Under the pieces are notes generated by a model. It saw only the letters and a list, made by a program, of their open reading frames with translations, was not told the DNA's origin and searched no databases. Below, piece after piece: positions 1-10,719 of a stretch of DNA of 64,000 nt. The stretch's first letter is position 1. Each line of letters starts with the position of its first letter. The DNA lies in the NCBI GenBank assembly GCA_963713825.1, contig CAVQNG010000004.1:128001-192000 (forward strand), read 5' to 3'. Made by a program: the position numbers and the translations under genes. This stretch comes from an uncultured Acidobacteriota bacterium (GTDB taxonomy: Bacteria > Acidobacteriota > Thermoanaerobaculia > Multivoradales > JAHEKO01).

Positions 1-1
1 C

Positions 2-664
2 CCTCTGATCGAGCATGTCTACCGCCGAGCGACCGAAGCGGCCCGTGTCGACAGAATCGTGGTTCTGACGGACGACGACCGAGTCGCCGACGCAGTTCGC
101 GAGTTTGGCGGCACGGTGCAGATGACACCCGTCGAGTGCGCCAGCGGTACCGATCGAATCGCCTGGGCCGCCCGCGACTGGCCCACTGACGCTGCGGTGA
201 TCAATATCCAGGGAGATGAGCCTCTCATCGACCCTACGGCTATCGATCGCATCGCTGCTCATCTATGTGAGTCTCCAGCCGATCCGATGGTCACCCTGGC
301 TACAGCAGCCGATCCGGAAGACGCAGAGAATCCCGATGTGGTGAAAGTTGTCGTGGATCGGCAAGGCTACGCGCTGTATTTCAGTCGCTCGGCAATTCCG
401 TACCCGAGGAGCCCGCAAGACGCGACCGCCTCGCGGCACATCGGCATCTACGGTTATCAAATGGCGGCCCTGCGTCGCCTGGCAGAACTGGAGCCCACAC
501 CGCTCGAACGCAGCGAATCCCTGGAACAGCTGCGGGCACTGGAGAACGGCATCTCGATTCGCGTATTGCTGACGGATCATGCCTGGGCCGGGGTGGATAC
601 AATGGAAGACTTGGCTAGGGTGGAGACCTTGCTGACGAGAGGCGGCTCGGCGACCTCCGAATAG
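2..664 (+). CDS. kdsB: 3-deoxy-manno-octulosonate cytidylyltransferase (5'-truncated by window)
   Basis: Frame open from base 2 ([10 protein letters not shown]...); motifs [40 protein letters not shown]; next to pyrG-kdsA. Confidence 0.95.
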   Translation, partial: PLIEHVYRRATEAARVDRIVVLTDDDRVADAVREFGGTVQMTPVECASGTDRIAWAARDWPTDAAVINIQGDEPLIDPTAIDRIAAHLCESPADPMVTLATAADPEDAENPDVVKVVVDRQGYALYFSRSAIPYPRSPQDATASRHIGIYGYQMAALRRLAELEPTPLERSESLEQLRALENGISIRVLLTDHAWAGVDTMEDLARVETLLTRGGSATSE

Positions 665-695
665 GCTTCGAGCCGCAATCAAGAGGGGATCTTGC

Positions 696-2357
696 ATGGC
701 AACCAAGTTCATTTTCGTAACCGGCGGTGTGCTTTCATCCCTCGGCAAGGGAGTAGCCGCCGCTTCGGTGGGCGCCATCCTGGAAGCCCGGGGTTTTTCG
801 GTCACCATCATGAAGTTCGACCCCTACGTCAATGTCGATCCAGGCACCATGTCTCCGTACCAGCACGGAGAGGTGTTCGTCACCGATGACGGGGCCGAGA
901 CCGACCTCGACCTGGGCCACTACGAGCGCTTCACCAACATGAAGGCCACCAAGGGGCACAACTACACTACCGGCAAGATCTACGAGGCGGTCATCAACAA
1001 GGAGCGCCGAGGCGATTACCTGGGCAAGACTGTCCAGGTCATTCCCCATGTCACCGACGAGATCATGGATGCCATGCGGCGCCTGGCTGACACCGCCGAC
1101 GTCGTTCTCATCGAGATCGGCGGAACGGTCGGCGACATCGAATCCCTGCCCTTTCTGGAGGCCATTCGACAGCTGCGGTTGGAGCTGGGAAAGACCAACT
1201 CCGTTCACCTGCACCTCACTCTGGTGCCGTTTATCGCCACCTCGGACGAGCTCAAGACCAAGCCGACGCAACACTCGGTGCGCGAGTTACGCGCCATCGG
1301 AATTACCGCCGATGCCTTGCTGTGCCGTTGCGATCGACCGTTGCCTGAAGACGTCAAGAGAAAGATCGCCCTATTCTGTAACCTCGAACCGCGCCAAGTC
1401 ATCGCTGCACAGGATGTGGAAACGATCTACGAAGTCCCGCTGAGCTTCTGCCGCGAGGGCTTCGACGACATCCTCCTGGAGCTCCTCAACCTGCCTCAGA
1501 CCCAGCGCGACATGTCGCGCTGGGAGGAGCTTGTCAGCCACATCAAGAACCCCAAGCACCATGTCCGCATTGGCATCGTTGGCAAGTACGTCGAGCTGCC
1601 GGACGCCTACAAGAGCCTCAACGAGGCTCTCGAGCATGGCGGCATCGCCAACGACGCGTCGGTGGAGCTGGTCTACATCGCAGCCGAGGAGATCGAGGCG
1701 GGCAATTGGCCGCGAGAGGTCTTCGACGTCGATGGCCTACTGGTCCCCATCGGTTTCGGCCCGCGCGGCACGGCCGGGAAGATCCGCGCCATTCAATACG
1801 CCCGAGAGCAGAAGGTCCCTTTCTTCGGCATCTGCCTCGGGATGCAATGCATGGTCATCGAGTACGCCCGCAACGTTTGCGGTATCGAGGACGCCACCTC
1901 GACGGAGTTCGACGAAGATGCCAGGCATCCGGTGATCTACAAGCTGCGCGATCTTCTCGGTGTCGAAGAGATGGGCGGTACCATGCGACTGGGGGCCTAT
2001 CCCTGCAATCTCCAGGAGGGAACCCTGGCGGCCCACACCTACGGCGTCAAGGAGATCAGCGAGCGGCACCGCCATCGATACGAGGTCAACCAGAAGTACC
2101 TGCCGCAGCTTGTCGAAGGCGGTCTCAAGGTGGCCGGCATGAGTCCAGACGGAAAGTTCGTCGAGATGGTCGAGCTCGAGGATCACCCCTGGTTTCTGGG
2201 CTGCCAGTTTCATCCCGAGTACAAGTCGAAACCAACGGCCCCTCATCCTTTGTTCGTCTCCTACATCAAGGCGGCTCTCGAAGAAAGCGAGCGACGGCAG
2301 GACCCAGAGAGGATGCGCGAACGACAGAACGTCGTCGCTCTCCAGGAGATCGGATGA
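696..2357 (+). CDS. pyrG: CTP synthase
   Basis: [48 protein letters not shown]. Confidence 0.99.
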   Translation: MATKFIFVTGGVLSSLGKGVAAASVGAILEARGFSVTIMKFDPYVNVDPGTMSPYQHGEVFVTDDGAETDLDLGHYERFTNMKATKGHNYTTGKIYEAVINKERRGDYLGKTVQVIPHVTDEIMDAMRRLADTADVVLIEIGGTVGDIESLPFLEAIRQLRLELGKTNSVHLHLTLVPFIATSDELKTKPTQHSVRELRAIGITADALLCRCDRPLPEDVKRKIALFCNLEPRQVIAAQDVETIYEVPLSFCREGFDDILLELLNLPQTQRDMSRWEELVSHIKNPKHHVRIGIVGKYVELPDAYKSLNEALEHGGIANDASVELVYIAAEEIEAGNWPREVFDVDGLLVPIGFGPRGTAGKIRAIQYAREQKVPFFGICLGMQCMVIEYARNVCGIEDATSTEFDEDARHPVIYKLRDLLGVEEMGGTMRLGAYPCNLQEGTLAAHTYGVKEISERHRHRYEVNQKYLPQLVEGGLKVAGMSPDGKFVEMVELEDHPWFLGCQFHPEYKSKPTAPHPLFVSYIKAALEESERRQDPERMRERQNVVALQEIG

Positions 2358-3190
2358 GCCGCAACCCGGTAGAGCTCGCCCCGGGAATCCTGCTGGGTGG
2401 CGAAGCCCTGCCTGTCATTGCCGGGCCTTGCGTCCTCGAAGAGCCGCAGCAAGCGCTCGAGATCGCGCAGGCGCTCAAGGCTGTGGGTCATCGACTCGGC
2501 CTTCCGATCATCTTCAAAGCTTCGTTCGACAAAGCCAATCGCAGTGCCTTGAAGAGCTACAGGGGACCCGGACTCGAGGCCGGGCTCGAGGTGCTCAGGC
2601 AGATCGGAAACGCGACCGGGTTGCCGATCTTGACGGACGTTCACGAGGTCAGTCAGTGCGAGACAGCGGCGGAGATCTGCGACGTGCTGCAGGTGCCCGC
2701 CTTTCTTTGCCGGCAGACCGACCTGATTCTGGCGGCGGCCGAGACCGGGCGAGCTGTCAACCTCAAAAAGGGCCAGTTCATGGCACCCGACGACATGCGT
2801 CGCGCGGTGGACAAGGCCCGCAGCACGGGTAACACGAAGGTGAGCGTCACCGAGCGGGGCGTTTCCTTCGGATACCACAATCTGGTGGTGGATATGCGCA
2901 GCTTCGAAATGCTACACGCGGAAGGGATTGCCGTCATCTACGACGTAACCCACTCGCTACAGCTGCCGGGAGTTGGTGAGGAGACCGGAGGGCAGCGCCA
3001 GTTCGCCGAACCCCTGGCCCGCGCGGCCGTTGCCGCCGGCGCCGACGGCCTCTACCTCGAGGTGCATCCCGAGCCGGAACGCGCACGGTCCGACAGCACG
3101 ACCCAGTTGGACCCCATGCGGGCCGAGGCCCTCCTCGCATCCGCTCTCTCGATTCGGCAAGCACTCGTCCAGGAGACAAGCTCCAATTGA
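2354..3190 (+). CDS. kdsA: KDO-8-phosphate synthase
   Basis: ATGA overlap with pyrG stop; [45 protein letters not shown]. Confidence 0.97.
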   Translation: MSRNPVELAPGILLGGEALPVIAGPCVLEEPQQALEIAQALKAVGHRLGLPIIFKASFDKANRSALKSYRGPGLEAGLEVLRQIGNATGLPILTDVHEVSQCETAAEICDVLQVPAFLCRQTDLILAAAETGRAVNLKKGQFMAPDDMRRAVDKARSTGNTKVSVTERGVSFGYHNLVVDMRSFEMLHAEGIAVIYDVTHSLQLPGVGEETGGQRQFAEPLARAAVAAGADGLYLEVHPEPERARSDSTTQLDPMRAEALLASALSIRQALVQETSSN

Positions 3191-4164
3191 CCAAGCCAGG
3201 CCCTAGAAACCCGCGCCTGATCGCCCGTCAGGTACTCGAGATCGAGGCGGCCGCGGTTCGCGGCCTCATCGAGCAGCTGGACGAGGACTTCGACCGCGCG
3301 GTAGAGCTATTGGAGCAAACCGAGGGACGAGTTGTCTGTACCGGGATGGGCAAGAGCGGCATCATCATGAAGAAGCTGGCCGCGACGCTCTCCTCGACAG
3401 GCACGCCAGCTCTGTTCTTGCATCCGGCCGAGGCGATCCACGGTGACCTCGGCATGTTGGCGGCGGGCGATGTGGTCCTGGCAGCCTCCTATTCGGGCTC
3501 GACGGAAGAGCTCCTCCGACTGGTCGAGACCTTGAAGAGGCTGGGCATCCCGCTGATCGCGATTACCGCCAGCCGCAACAGCCCGATCGCCAAAAACGCG
3601 AACCTGCATCTGCGAGTCGCGATCGACCAAGAAGCCTGTCCCCTGGATCTCGCACCTACAGCCTCCACCACGGCAACCCTCGCTCTTGGCGATGCTCTCG
3701 CCATGGCGTTATTGGAGGCCAAGGGATTTACACCGGAGGACTTTGCCCGCCTCCATCCTGGCGGCCAGCTGGGCAAGCGCCTCCTGAAGGTCCACCAGCT
3801 CATGCACTCTGGGGAAGATCTGCCACAAGTCGGCCTCGACACACCGATGCGCGAAGCGATTTACGAGATGTCGCGGCAGAAGCTGGGCATTACCGCCGTT
3901 ACCGACTCTTCCCACCATCTGGTGGGATGTATCTCTGACGGCGACCTGCGGCGCCTCCTCGAAAAGGACGGGCAACTCTTGGAGAAATCGGCTCGCGACT
4001 GCATCAAGACGGAGCCGAGGGTCATCCACAGAGACGAGCTGGCTTCGGCGGCGTTGAAGATCATGGAGGACAATCGCATCACCTCCCTCTTTGTCTGCAC
4101 CGAGGCCGGTGAGCTGGAGGGCATCGTCCACCTGCACGATCTTTGGGGGCTGGAGCTCTTCTAG
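3187..4164 (+). CDS. kdsD: D-arabinose 5-phosphate isomerase (KpsF/GutQ, SIS + 2 CBS)
   Basis: TGMGKSG, HPAEAIHGDLG, LAPTASTT, HPGGQLG, C-terminal CBS pair. Confidence 0.95.
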   Translation: MTKPGPRNPRLIARQVLEIEAAAVRGLIEQLDEDFDRAVELLEQTEGRVVCTGMGKSGIIMKKLAATLSSTGTPALFLHPAEAIHGDLGMLAAGDVVLAASYSGSTEELLRLVETLKRLGIPLIAITASRNSPIAKNANLHLRVAIDQEACPLDLAPTASTTATLALGDALAMALLEAKGFTPEDFARLHPGGQLGKRLLKVHQLMHSGEDLPQVGLDTPMREAIYEMSRQKLGITAVTDSSHHLVGCISDGDLRRLLEKDGQLLEKSARDCIKTEPRVIHRDELASAALKIMEDNRITSLFVCTEAGELEGIVHLHDLWGLELF

Positions 4165-4170
4165 AGCATC

Positions 4171-4716
4171 ATGCCGACTCTCTCGGACAGCGACCTCGCC
4201 CGCCGAGCGACCGAGCTCGAGTGGATTCTCTGCGATGCGGATGGAGTCCTCACCGACGGTGGTCTCTACTACGACCGCCGGGGCCACAACCTCTTGCGCT
4301 TCGACGCCAAGGACGGGCTGGGCCTAAAGATGGCGCAGTTGGCCGGTCTGAAGGTCGGCATCCTCTCGGGACGTGACTCCGCAGCCCTGGAACGGCGAGC
4401 CACCGAGCTCAAGCTGGAGTTCCTGAGTATGGGAGTCGCAGACAAGCGAGCTGGCCTGGAGACCTTCTTGAAGCGCCACAATACCGTCGCCCGACGGATT
4501 GCCTACATCGGCGATGACCTTCCCGATCTGGTGGTCCTGGGCCAGTGTGGCCTTTCCTTTGCTCCAGCCGATGCCGCCCGGGAGGTCCGAGACGTGGTCC
4601 ACCACGTTCTCGACAGCCCGGGAGGCCACGGCGCCGCTCGCGAGATGGTGGAGATCGTGCTGCGGGCGCGCGGCGAGTGGGACCAGCTCTACTCCCGGTT
4701 TACCTTCGACGGCTGA
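4171..4716 (+). CDS. kdsC: KDO-8-phosphate phosphatase (HAD family)
   Basis: DADGVLTDG, KDGLG, YIGDDLPD, GGHGAARE. Confidence 0.93.
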   Translation: MPTLSDSDLARRATELEWILCDADGVLTDGGLYYDRRGHNLLRFDAKDGLGLKMAQLAGLKVGILSGRDSAALERRATELKLEFLSMGVADKRAGLETFLKRHNTVARRIAYIGDDLPDLVVLGQCGLSFAPADAAREVRDVVHHVLDSPGGHGAAREMVEIVLRARGEWDQLYSRFTFDG

Positions 4717-4760
4717 GAGGTTGTTGTCAGTCGACTTTGGCGACCGATAACAACCAGACC

Positions 4761-4826
4761 TGGGGCTTGGGGCTCGGGCCCTGGGCAGTAAGGGCTTAGG
4801 GGCTTAAGGGCCTAGGGGGCTTAGGG
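4761..4826 (+). repeat. Degenerate 7-9 bp G-rich tandem repeat (TAGGGGCT-like) between convergent genes
   Basis: tggggct tggggct cgggccc tgggcag taagggct taggggct taagggcc tagggggct taggg. Confidence 0.75.
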
Positions 4827-5633
4827 TCACTTGGAGTCGTCGTCCGACGGCTCTTGCCTTTCTTCGTCCTTCTTCTTGCTGCGAAGCACGAGAGCTGCTG
4901 CAGCGACGCCCAACAAGTACAGGACGATGGTGGGGAGAGCGAACATGAGCAGGTTCACCACGTCTGGGGTCGGCGTTACGAACGCCGCGGCAATGAAGAT
5001 CAGTAGCACCGCCCAGCGAAACTTGCGGATCAGGAAGCCAGGTGTGACGACGCCCATCTGCGCCAGCAGAAAGATGATGATGGGCAACTCGAACATCAGC
5101 CCCAGCCCCAAGATCACATAGAGCAAGAACCGAAAATAGCGCTCGACCGTGATCATCGGCTGGAACGCCGCACCCATGCCGACCAGGAAGTTCACCGCGA
5201 ACGGAAACGCGACGTAGTAAGCGAACGCTCCACCACCAATGAAGAACAGGCTGCCAAAGAAGATGAAGGGAATGGCCCGTCGCCTCTCCTTCTTGTACAG
5301 ACCGGGAGCCACGAACCGCCAGATCTGATACAGCACCAACGGCGAGGCGATGAACAGGGCCACCAGAGCAGCGACCTTGACGTAGATGATGAAGGGGTCG
5401 GTGACGCCGAGAAAGGTGAGGCGGCTCCCCTCGGGTAGGGCCTTGTAGATGGGTCTGGCCAGGAAGTCGGCAATCTCCCTGACGAAGAACCAGCAGACAA
5501 CGAAGACGATGCCGACTGCGATGATCGATCGGAAGATGCGCTGCCGGAACTCCTCGAGGTGCTCCAGCAGACTCATCCGCTGCAGATCTTCGTCAGAGGC
5601 AGACGGATTCCCAGGCTCAGGGAGAGTACTCAT
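4827..5633 (-). CDS. tatC: Twin-arginine translocase subunit TatC
   Basis: MSLLEHLEEFRQR, YQIWRFVAPGLY, FELP, TPTPD; six hydrophobic segments. Confidence 0.97.
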   Translation of the reverse strand: MSTLPEPGNPSASDEDLQRMSLLEHLEEFRQRIFRSIIAVGIVFVVCWFFVREIADFLARPIYKALPEGSRLTFLGVTDPFIIYVKVAALVALFIASPLVLYQIWRFVAPGLYKKERRRAIPFIFFGSLFFIGGGAFAYYVAFPFAVNFLVGMGAAFQPMITVERYFRFLLYVILGLGLMFELPIIIFLLAQMGVVTPGFLIRKFRWAVLLIFIAAAFVTPTPDVVNLLMFALPTIVLYLLGVAAAALVLRSKKKDEERQEPSDDDSK

Positions 5634-5648
5634 CGGAGATCTGGGTGC

Positions 5649-6032
5649 CTATTCGGGCTCTCGCGACGGGCCTTCCGCCGATGTCGGGTCGGGTGCGCTG
5701 GGGCTCTCGGGCGGTGCCGGCGCCTGAGTCGTGGGAGATGTCGGCGCGCTGGGCTGCACCGCAGGGACTGTGTCAGGAACGGCTGGGGCCGGATCGACTG
5801 CAGCCGGAACGGCCGGAGCCGGGGTGACCTTTGCCGGATTGGCTGGACGGCTCGCCTCTTCAGCGGAGATTTCGGTATCCAGAGTCCTCTTGAGATCCCG
5901 CGTCGCCCGTCGAAACTCGCCCATAGCCTTGCCCATGGTGCGGCCAATATCAGGCAATTTCCTCGGTCCGAAGATCAACAATGCCAGAACCAGAATAAAG
6001 AGTAGCTCCGGCATTCCCAAAGATCCAATCAT
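5649..6032 (-). CDS. tatA: Twin-arginine translocase TatA/TatB family subunit with Pro/Ala-rich tail
   Basis: MIGSLGMPELLFILVLALLIFGPRKLPDIGR; RBS AGGAAGG upstream; adjacent to tatC. Confidence 0.88.
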   Translation of the reverse strand: MIGSLGMPELLFILVLALLIFGPRKLPDIGRTMGKAMGEFRRATRDLKRTLDTEISAEEASRPANPAKVTPAPAVPAAVDPAPAVPDTVPAVQPSAPTSPTTQAPAPPESPSAPDPTSAEGPSREPE

Positions 6033-6053
6033 GGCGAAATCTTCCTTCCTTCG

Positions 6054-6082
6054 ATGATCTGGTGACTGGCGAGGAATGTCAA
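6054..6082 (-). promoter_or_regulatory. Putative sigma70 promoter for tatA/tatC
   Basis: TTGACA-17 nt-GATCAT on minus strand, about 20 nt upstream of the start. Confidence 0.4.
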
Positions 6083-6119
6083 GCCGGTGGTCCACCTTGC
6101 CGAGTGATACACTGCGCGC

Positions 6120-7751
6120 GTGCGACCGCGCTGGAAACTCACAGCTTCGGTCCTGTTCGCTCTGACGCTACTCGTCGCGAGCCTGTTCGGGGACCGACTT
6201 CTCGCCTTGAATCACGAGGCCCGAGAGGTCCTTCGCGTCTACACCGAGCTTCTCGAAGTCTCTCATGAAACCTATGGCGGCGAGACGAACTACAAAGACC
6301 TCGTGAATGCTTCGATCGACGGCATGGTTCGATCCCTCGACCCCCACACCTCGTATTTGACAGCCGAGGCCTACGCCCAGATGAGGGATCGCCAGCAGAG
6401 CAGCTTCTTCGGCCTGGGCATTCTGGTAGGCCTTCGCAACGGACAGATTACGGTCATCACCCCCATTGAAGGCACACCAGCCTCGCGGATGGGCCTCCGA
6501 GCCGGCGATGTCATCGCGGCGATCGAAGGTGAGGCAACCGAGGGGATGAGCATCAACGATGCCGTGCGGCAGTTGAAGGGCCCCAAGGGCACGGAGGTGA
6601 CCATCACCATCAGCCGCCCGGGCCTCGACGAGCCCATCGAAGTGACGATCGTTCGCGACGAAATCCCCCAGATCTCGGTGCGCTACCAGTACATGGTCAG
6701 TCCCGAGACTGGCTACATTTCGATCAGCGACTTCAATCGCGGCACGGCAAGAGAAGTGCGGGAAGCCGTCCAGGTCTTGCGCGAGCAAGGTATGACGCAG
6801 CTGCTCGTCGACTTGAGAACCAATGGCGGCGGTCTGCTGGACCAGGCAATCGAGGTGGTTCAGCAATTCCTACCACAAGGTTCGAAGGTGGTGGAAACCC
6901 GGGGTCGCACGCGAGACTCCCACCAGGAGTACTTCTCCGAGGATCCCTCACCAGCTCTCGACCTACCGATGGTGGTTCTCGTCGGAGAAGGCACGGCATC
7001 GGCAGCCGAGATCTTCGCAGGTGCGATTCAGGATCACGACGTCGGTCTCATCGTTGGAACCCAGACCTGGGGCAAGGGGCTCGTCCAGACCGTTTACAGC
7101 CTGTCCTACGGCGCTGGGCTGGCCCTGACGACAGCCAGGTACTACACACCCTCTGGCAGGCTGATTCAGCGGGACTACAGCTCGTGGTTCGACTACAGCA
7201 CCCACTCGAACGGGGTCAATCCGTCAGAGATCGAGGCCGAGGACAGTGCAACAGCACTCGAGATCGAAGCCTTTCGCACGGATCTGGGACGCAAGGTCTA
7301 CGGCGGCGGCGGTATCAGTCCAGACGTGATCATCGAGCCGCAGGAGATCCCGACCCTGCTGCAGATTCTCCTCAGCCAGAGCGCTTTCTTCGACTTCGCA
7401 GTCAGCTACGCCAATCAACATCCGATCGAGAGTCGAGAATGGCAGGTTCCAGACCCACTCCTCGAAGAGTTCTACAACTGGGTCGTCGAAGAAGAGCTCA
7501 TCACATTGGACGAACTGACGGAGCAGACTGCTGACGCTGCGGTCTCGGAAGAAGTCCGGCGCAACCTCCGTGGTGAGCTGCTCAACTCTGCTTTTGGCAT
7601 CGAGGCCCGCTACGAGGTGATTGCCGAAGGCGATCCCCAGATCCTCGAGGCCCTGACCCTCTTCGACGACGCCAAGAGCCTGCTTGCCCGAAGGCAGCTA
7701 CTGCTCGACAGCGATAGTCAGCCGGAAAAGACCGCTAGCCTCCCCGATTGA
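6120..7751 (+). CDS. S41 family C-terminal processing protease (PDZ)
   Basis: Signal peptide; LDPHT, PDZ GLGI, DLRTNGGGLL, TASAAEI, GKGLVQ, YYTPSGRLIQ. Confidence 0.95.
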   Translation: MRPRWKLTASVLFALTLLVASLFGDRLLALNHEAREVLRVYTELLEVSHETYGGETNYKDLVNASIDGMVRSLDPHTSYLTAEAYAQMRDRQQSSFFGLGILVGLRNGQITVITPIEGTPASRMGLRAGDVIAAIEGEATEGMSINDAVRQLKGPKGTEVTITISRPGLDEPIEVTIVRDEIPQISVRYQYMVSPETGYISISDFNRGTAREVREAVQVLREQGMTQLLVDLRTNGGGLLDQAIEVVQQFLPQGSKVVETRGRTRDSHQEYFSEDPSPALDLPMVVLVGEGTASAAEIFAGAIQDHDVGLIVGTQTWGKGLVQTVYSLSYGAGLALTTARYYTPSGRLIQRDYSSWFDYSTHSNGVNPSEIEAEDSATALEIEAFRTDLGRKVYGGGGISPDVIIEPQEIPTLLQILLSQSAFFDFAVSYANQHPIESREWQVPDPLLEEFYNWVVEEELITLDELTEQTADAAVSEEVRRNLRGELLNSAFGIEARYEVIAEGDPQILEALTLFDDAKSLLARRQLLLDSDSQPEKTASLPD

Positions 7752-7827
7752 CTTCGCTGGCCGGGCCGCCTACGACTCCGGCCTCGATTGTCCAGGTTCT
7801 GTGTATGGGTGAAGGCGTCGAGCTGCG

Positions 7828-8763
7828 CTAAGAATGGCCGTCGAGGGCTTCCAAGTGGGTCCACAGCAAGCCGGGTAGAGAATCGACGTCGTAGCCTCCT
7901 TCCAGCAGGACCAGACATCGTCCGTCGCAGATCTCCTCCGACAGGGCGCCAAGCCAATGACCCCACTCGCGGTACCCGTCCTCGCTGACTCGCATACCGC
8001 CGAGAGGATCGGCCTGCCAGGCATCGAAGCCGGCGGAGATCAGAAGTATCTCCGGTCGAAACTCTTCTAACGTCGGCAAGAGAACCGCTTGAAAAGCGGC
8101 CTGGAAAGAGACATCACCCGCTCCGGCAGGCAGGGGAACATTCACTGTCGAGCCCTCTCCTTCTCCCGTCCCGCGCTCGTCTGCAGCACCGGTACCGGGA
8201 TAGAACGGGTAGCGGTGGGTGCTCAGGTAGAGGACGTCGCGCTCGGCCTCGAAGATGTGCTGAGTACCGTTGCCGTGGTGGACGTCGAAGTCCACGACCG
8301 CCAGGCGCTCGGCCCCTTTTTCGCGACGAAGGTACTCCGCTGCCACAGCGACGTTGTTGAAGTAGCAGAATCCCATCGCCCCGTCGCGCTCGGCATGATG
8401 ACCTGGAGGTCGCACGGCAGTCATACCTCGCCGTCCGACCCCATCGGCTACCCAATCAGCGGCGGTCAGGGTCGCATCGACCGCGGCTCGAGCCGCTTTC
8501 CAGGTCGATCCGCAGAGTGGATTGTCCGGCGTATCGAGAAAAAGATCACCGCGTTCGACGGTGCTCGAAAAGCGAGCCAGGTACCGTTCAGAATGCACCG
8601 CGGCGACGGCCGGCTCGAAGCCCTCATGGTCACCGGCCTCCTCGACTTCTACCTGACGACGATGCAGAAACTCGAGGATGCCTTCGAGACGCTCAGCCTT
8701 CTCGGGATAACCGTCCGGAACTCGATGCAAGAGACATCTGGGGTCGGAAAACACTTTCAGCAT
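7828..8763 (-). CDS. Histone deacetylase family amidohydrolase (AcuC/APAH-like)
   Basis: RPPGHHA, GFCYFNN, DFDVHHGNGTQ, SAGFD, LEGGY. Confidence 0.94.
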   Translation of the reverse strand: MLKVFSDPRCLLHRVPDGYPEKAERLEGILEFLHRRQVEVEEAGDHEGFEPAVAAVHSERYLARFSSTVERGDLFLDTPDNPLCGSTWKAARAAVDATLTAADWVADGVGRRGMTAVRPPGHHAERDGAMGFCYFNNVAVAAEYLRREKGAERLAVVDFDVHHGNGTQHIFEAERDVLYLSTHRYPFYPGTGAADERGTGEGEGSTVNVPLPAGAGDVSFQAAFQAVLLPTLEEFRPEILLISAGFDAWQADPLGGMRVSEDGYREWGHWLGALSEEICDGRCLVLLEGGYDVDSLPGLLWTHLEALDGHS

Positions 8764-8845
8764 GGCTTGCGAATCATAGCTCACTCTCGGCGCTGAACGT
8801 GCCCGTGAGGTGGTCCTCGTACAGAGGTCGCAGCAGCCCGCATGC

Positions 8846-9487
8846 TCACCGCCGCGGTAGCTGAAGGCCGAAGTCGGCCAACCTCTGTTTGAGCCGATAG
8901 ACCACGGAGTCAACGCAGCTCGGCGTCAGGCCGCCACCGAGTTGGCGACAGATCTCCCGGCTACTGTGGCCCTCGAAGAAGGCCAGGTAGAGCACGTTCA
9001 GGTCGCGGACCGGTCTCTTGCCCACGACATCGCGGCAGCGTTCCAGAAAGAACCGCCGTCGCTCCCGATTCAGCACCCAGTCCTCGGGTGTGGGAGAACG
9101 ATCGATCGCACATTCGGCCGGGTCTTTCTCGAAGCCCAGCAGGCGATCGACCAGGTGGCGACGACCCCGCTTGAGAGCCGAGCTGGACCGCAGATGGTCC
9201 ACTACCACCCGCTCGCCGATCCGGCCCAGATAAGCACTGAGCTCGGACTCTCGCTTGGCACGGCAGCGGCGCAGGCCGAGGGCCTGATTGTCGAGCAAGC
9301 GAAGATAGGCGTTCTGAACTAGATCCTCACGCTCCTCACGGCTCAAGCGAACGCCGAAACGCCGCACTGCCCGGTCGATTCCTCCTGTCAGACGATCTTC
9401 GAAGCGTTGTACGAACTCTCTCCAGCTCTCCCTCTCGAAGGAGCTGGCGCATCGCGTCAGCAGGTCGCCGATCTCGTCTTCTGCCAT
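8846..9487 (-). CDS. ECF-type sigma-70 family RNA polymerase sigma factor
   Basis: WREFVQRF, EDLVQNAYLRL, region 4 FFEGHSSREIC...VDSVVYRLKQRL; RBS AAGGAG. Confidence 0.8.
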   Translation of the reverse strand: MAEDEIGDLLTRCASSFERESWREFVQRFEDRLTGGIDRAVRRFGVRLSREEREDLVQNAYLRLLDNQALGLRRCRAKRESELSAYLGRIGERVVVDHLRSSSALKRGRRHLVDRLLGFEKDPAECAIDRSPTPEDWVLNRERRRFFLERCRDVVGKRPVRDLNVLYLAFFEGHSSREICRQLGGGLTPSCVDSVVYRLKQRLADFGLQLPRR

Positions 9488-9764
9488 CGTTGGAACTCCT
9501 TTCCATAGGAATATGGAGAGGAGGTCGAACGACTGGATGGAAAAAGATTGATCAGGTCAGCGAGGACCTGCAGCCGGTAGGGAGACTCATTCTACCATCC
9601 CACTTTAGGCTTGCAGCTCGCAGCGCCTCGAGCCGAGACAGCGATCCACCGAGGAAGGGCTCAACAGACTCCGAACACACCTTGACCAGAAGCCCGCCCG
9701 GACCTCGTGACCGGGGCTCTTGAAAGGGTAGAGCTTGTGGAGCTTGTTCGGGCGGAACGACCAG

Positions 9765-9920
9765 CTAGCGGAGCTTGTCTTCCACGAATTCGACATGCTG
9801 GCGGATTTTCGGATCGTACTTCTTGAGACGAAGCTTGCCGGTACCCAGCTTCTTGTTCTTCGTCGTGGTGTAGAAGTACCCCGTGCCTGCCGAGGAAACG
9901 AGCTTGATCTTCTCTCTCAT
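9765..9920 (-). CDS. rpmG: 50S ribosomal protein L33 (Cys-less form)
   Basis: Manual translation, below ORF-track cutoff: [51 protein letters not shown]. Confidence 0.97.
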   Translation of the reverse strand: MREKIKLVSSAGTGYFYTTTKNKKLGTGKLRLKKYDPKIRQHVEFVEDKLR

Positions 9921-10016
9921 GGCAATCTCCTTACCCACCGCGCTCCCCTGACGCTTCCAGCCCGTGAATCCGGGTTGACCAACTAAGGTTCGCGCGCGGG
10001 GGACTTCGTCGCAGAC

Positions 10017-10093
<77 letters not shown>

Positions 10094-10129
10094 GCAAATC
10101 CTGCAATCGCCGGAACTCTGAAAGGTAGC

Positions 10130-10204
10130 TGGTGGGAGGTGAGGGATTTGAACCCACGACCCCCTGCGTGTAAGGCAGGTGCTCTTCCACTGAGCTAACC
10201 TCCC
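10130..10204 (-). tRNA. tRNA-Val(TAC)
   Basis: GGGAGGTTAGCTCAGTGGAAGAGCACCTGCCTTACACGCAGGGGGTCGTGGGTTCAAATCCCTCACCTCCCACCA. Confidence 0.97.
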
Positions 10205-10219
10205 GCCCGGCGACGCGAA

Positions 10220-10248
10220 ATACTACGGGAGGGTAGCCGGGAAGTCAA
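10220..10248 (-). promoter_or_regulatory. sigma70 promoter for tRNA-Val/tRNA-Asp(/rpmG)
   Basis: TTGACT-17 nt-TAGTAT just upstream of tRNA-Val. Confidence 0.7.
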
Positions 10249-10576
10249 TCACTAAGTGCCCCACATCCTCCTCTGGCCCGATTGCCGCACTCCCAGCAGA
10301 GTCGCCGCGCCAGCCTGATCGACTCCATCGGCCCCCTTGAGACGGCCACTTTTTTGCCGACGCCAAGAAAATTTTGAACATTGGCAATTCTCGATACGTC
10401 AATTTTTCACTGAATACATACCAACATTTTCCTACATGCGCCTCGATTCGAGGCTCCGATCGTTCTTCTCAGTTCTCTGAGCACGATCCCAGGCTCTTTA
10501 TTTTCAATAGTTTACAGGAATCCCTGCCATCCGGGAGAACGGCAGGGATGGACTCCAGGGCTGCGGCGGTCGAATC

Positions 10577-10591
10577 TGGCATGGCCATTGC
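10577..10591 (+). promoter_or_regulatory. Putative sigma54 (-24/-12) promoter
   Basis: TGGCATGGCCATTGC with correct GG-N10-GC spacing; IHF-like TTTCAATAGTTTA at about 10502-10514. Confidence 0.6.
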
Positions 10592-10719
10592 CCTATACAG
10601 CCTTCGATTGCAAATTGGAGTTCATCGCTTAAGGAACAGCAAACAAGGGATGCCGAACCAGCAAAGACGAACGCATAAGGAGACCAACGAATCATCCCTG
10701 ACACAGAACGGAGCGAATC

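Noticed and set aside
1706-2353. Long N-terminal extensions in the ORF track (kdsA from 1706, PP2C from 50768, ftcD from 54758, cdaA from 16150)
   Set aside because: They overlap neighbouring genes; internal starts with an RBS or stop/start overlap fit better
4761-4826. CRISPR or telomeric interpretation of the short repeats
   Set aside because: Units are 7-9 bp, degenerate, without spacers or cas genes, and internal to a bacterial chromosome
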